Source: Okamejei kenojei
Taxonomy: Eukaryota
Length of the DNA: 64,000 nt
Assembly: GCA_035221665.1 (NCBI GenBank)
Contig: CM069142.1
Location: 18,600,001 to 18,664,000, forward strand
Direction of reading: 5' to 3'
In this document: positions 61,040 to 64,000 of the stretch, piece after piece
Layout of the letters: each line of letters opens with the position of its first letter
How positions within the stretch are numbered: the stretch's first letter is position 1
Program-made: the position numbers and the translations under genes
The notes under the pieces: generated by a model
The model's database searches: none
What the model was told of the DNA's origin: nothing
What the model saw: the letters and a program-made list of their open reading frames with translations, nothing else

Positions 61040-61700
61040 TCACTCACTCACTCACTCACTCACTCAGTCTCTCTCACACACTCAGTCTCTCACACAGTCT
61101 CGCTCACACACTCAGTCTCTCTCACACTTAGTCTCTCTCATGCAGTCTCTCTCACACACTCACTCACTCTTACACACTCACTCACCCAGTCTCTCTCGCA
61201 AACATACACTCTTACACACTCTCGGGCAGTCTTGCTCACTCACTCACTCACACACACGCTCACTCACTCTCACTCAGTCCCTCTCACAGTCAGTTTCTCT
61301 CACACACACACTCACTCACTCTCACACACATACTCACTCTCTCTCACAGTCCCTTTCACAGTTTTTTCACACACACACTCTCACACATGCACTCACTCAC
61401 TCTCACACACTCACACACTCGCACTATCTCTCGCACATTGACAATCTCTCTCACACACTCACCTGGTCTCTCTCATGCTCATTCAGTCTCTCACACTTTC
61501 ACACACTCACTCAGTCACACTCAGTTTCTCTCACACACTTACTCTCACACACTCACTCAGTCTCTATCACACACTTGCTCGGTCTCTCTCGCACACTTGT
61601 CTGGTCTCTCTCACACACTCACCTGGTCTCACACACACTCAGTCTCTCTCACACACTCACACAGTCTCTCTCACACTCTCACACAGTCTCTCTCACACAC
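61040..61700. repeat. Low-complexity (CA/CT/CACT)n cryptic satellite
   Basis: Recurrent CACACTCAGTCTCTCT and CACT units over ~660 bp. Confidence 0.95.
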
Positions 61701-61734
61701 TGAGGCAGACAGATGCGAACACACACAACCTCGT

Positions 61735-62015
61735 TGAGGAGAAGGGTTCAGTATCCTCAACGACTCTTCCCTGGCACATGACTGTCCAAAGTGGCAAAGG
61801 AGCACCCAGAATTGCATTGAGGATCTCGTCACTGAGTGCACATGGAACCCCGACATAAAACACTGGGAAGAGTGCATCCGCCCAAGCACCTCATCAAGCC
61901 CCTCTTACCCCACCCGTGGCAGCGTCTGTGGGATATAAAGCAGCCTCGTCAACCATCTCAGAGACCACGGAACTGGAGTTGAATCTGGACTTCAACCCCA
62001 ATGCCTTGGCCTTAG
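61735..62015 (+). mobile_element. Decayed RTE-like LINE 3' end
   Basis: CCCTGGCACATGACTGTCCAAAGTGG (LAHD.PKW) and GGCAGCGTCTGTGG..CTCGTCAACCATCTCAGAGACCAC (G.VCG..L.NHLR.H zinc-finger remnant). Confidence 0.55.
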
Positions 62016-62985
62016 AAAAACTTTCAAACTGACTGACATGCAAAGTAATTTTAATGACTATTGAGAGTCTAAATCGCATTTGGACCTCAATAAGATTGAG
62101 CTAATGCACCAGGTTTTATTTCCCTGAGGAGCATTATTATTTTAGAACTTATTCAATTAAGTGACTTTAAATTCCTTAGCTGCCATGGTTGGGTTTGAAC
62201 TTGTCATTTGATCAATATTCCAGCCGCATGGATTGCCCATAACTTCATCACTATCAGACTCTACACCTATTTATTTTCTGACAGTTTGGGTTAAATTGGT
62301 ATTCTCGGGGGAAGAATGGTGACCTGAGCCATTTGTGTCTCAGGGTAGAATGCAAAATAAGTTATTTTGGGTTTAAAGTAAGTTAAAATTGAGGAATAAT
62401 TGATTATGGAACACAAAAAAGTAAAACTAAAGAAAATATTAATGAAATCATCGAGGAAGCTGTAAAAATATTGGGAAATAAACTGATTATATTAATCTAA
62501 TTAGTTTTAAACAGTATTGCATGTTATTTTATGAGTGCTAGCTTCGAAATACCATTATTATTGTAAAGAAAGATGATTTTTCAGCATTGCAATACTGTCC
62601 CTTCAACCAGGAATTGCTGCGTAAATCTGTTTTGCTGCACATATTTCAAGTTGAGACCTTAATTAGAGGAGTTGTTTGGAGGAGTGTTATGGAGGTCCAG
62701 TACATGGTTACTCTCATTGAGGCATTAATTTAGCACATTTAACTAAGTAAAAATCAACCCAAGCAACTTGCTGAGGAGTAGTATCACATAACATCACACA
62801 AGGAGTTATAGGTTGATGAGCTTGGCTAAATATGGAGGTTTTAAGAAAGACCTGAAGAGAGGAGACAAGAATAATGAAAAAGTGTGATCACGGAGTGTGA
62901 AGGCGAGGCAGTTGAGAAGCCAAAACGTAGGAAGGAACTGCAGATGCTGCTTTATGCTGAAGATAGTCACAAAATGTTGGAGTTA

Positions 62986-63232
62986 AGGGCCTGTCCCACT
63001 TGTACGACCTAATTGCCGACCTCTGCCGAGTTTTCCCTTGACTCATACTCTCGGCATGGTCGTCACGAGGTCGTGGGAGGTCTTCGTAACTCTTCCTCAA
63101 GCTCGTGAGTGGTCTCCGCGTAGCCTCTAGTAGGTCGTGGTCTCAGGTGGGTAGCGGCGTTTTTCCAACCTGATAAAAAATGTCCACGAGTAAAAAAAGG
63201 TTGGCATTGGTTGTCCAAGTGGGACAGGGGCT
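62986..63232. mobile_element. Harbinger-type MITE inserted into a Penelope-terminus repeat
   Basis: TTA-AGGGCCTGTCCCACTTG ... CAAGTGGGACAGGGGCT-TAA; host arm starts at 62927. Confidence 0.85.
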
Positions 63233-63298
63233 TAAGCCAAGCAGGGTCTGGACGAAAGGAATAAGTGGCTTTCCGGGCCAGAACCCTTCTTCCTCTGG

Positions 63299-63606
63299 AG
63301 GGCGGCACAGGGGTGCAGCGGTAGAATTGCTGCCTTAATGCGCCAGAGAGCAGGTTCGATCCTGACTATGGATGTTGTCTGTACGGAGTTCCACATGTGC
63401 TCCTCATGACTTGCTTGGGTTTTCTCCGGAATATTCGGTTTCCTCACACACTCCAAAGATGTACAAGTTTGTAGGTTAATTGGCTTGGTATAATTGTTAA
63501 TTGTCCCTCCCTTGTGTGTGTAGGATAGTGTTAGTGTGCGGGGATCGCTGGTCGGAGCAGACTCGGGAGGCCGAAGGGCCTGTTCATGCGCTGTATCTCT
63601 AAAACT
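63299..63606 (+). mobile_element. HE1/V-SINE-like SINE, full length
   Basis: GGGCGGCACAG head, GGTTCGATCC B box, core, GGCCGAAGGGCCTGTT tail. Confidence 0.9.
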
Positions 63607-63800
63607 AGGAATAGGTGGTGGTTTGGGTCGGAACCATTCTGTGTGTGAAGGAACTGCTGATGCTGGTTCATACCACATTTCCACTTTTCTCTCAGAGTAT
63701 CCTCTCAGCACGTCAGTCAACGCTGCTGCCTTACAACTCCAGGCTTCCTTCCAGAGAAAATAAATAGGTGGCGTTTTGGTTTGGAACCCTTCTTCCTCTG

Positions 63801-63980
63801 GAGGGTGGCACAGTGGTAGAGGTGCTGCCGTTACAGTGCCAGAGACCCAGGTTCAATCCTGACTACAGACCCATAATCAACCTTTTGTCTGCGTGGAGTT
63901 TGTACATTCTCCCCTTGATCTCATGGGTTAACTAACCCAGGTTAAGATCTTCCCACAGCTTCCTCCCACATTCAAAATCC
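63801..63980 (+). mobile_element. HE1/V-SINE-like SINE, rearranged 5' part
   Basis: GGGTGGCACAGTGGTAGAG head and GGTTCAATCCTGAC B box, with small insertions. Confidence 0.75.
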
Positions 63981-64000
63981 TCCCACTTTCCAAAGGGAAC

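Noticed and set aside
61140-61858. His/Thr/Ser/Leu-rich ORFs up to 187 aa
   Set aside because: Artefact of the stop-poor CA/CT low-complexity tract.
63299-63370. tRNA genes at SINE heads
   Set aside because: A and B boxes are present but run into SINE core and LINE-like tail; no complete cloverleaf.

Overview
Eukaryotic, repeat-dense intronic DNA. The repeat set (HE1/V-SINE-like tRNA SINEs, CR1/HER1-type LINEs, Penelope-like elements, Tc1, Harbinger-type MITEs) points to a cartilaginous fish, probably a skate or ray; this is inference. The only host exon I can support is a 176-bp + strand exon at 48292-48467 with canonical AG/GT borders. Its peptide, length and phase match dystrophin (DMD) exon 45, so the window is the 3' >=48 kb of intron 44 and the first >=15.5 kb of intron 45. 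Nearly all listed ORFs are transposon fragments or spurious. Main elements: a full-length, frameshifted Passport-like DD34E Tc1 (12012-13621) nested in two CR1 copies; a second, decayed Tc1 (37150-38726); a 5'-truncated sense L1 (55773-59716) with a perfect 22-bp fold-back at its 5' junction; and five MITEs sharing one TIR. The most interesting signal is a very abundant short repeat derived from Penelope-like element termini. It carries a minimal hammerhead-ribozyme motif (CTGANGA-stem-GAAAC-GTH) and often occurs as head-to-head palindromic dimers, including on both sides of the dystrophin exon. Family names come from recognition of remembered consensus motifs, not from a database search. Borders of old repeats are approximate (about +/-10-30 bp).
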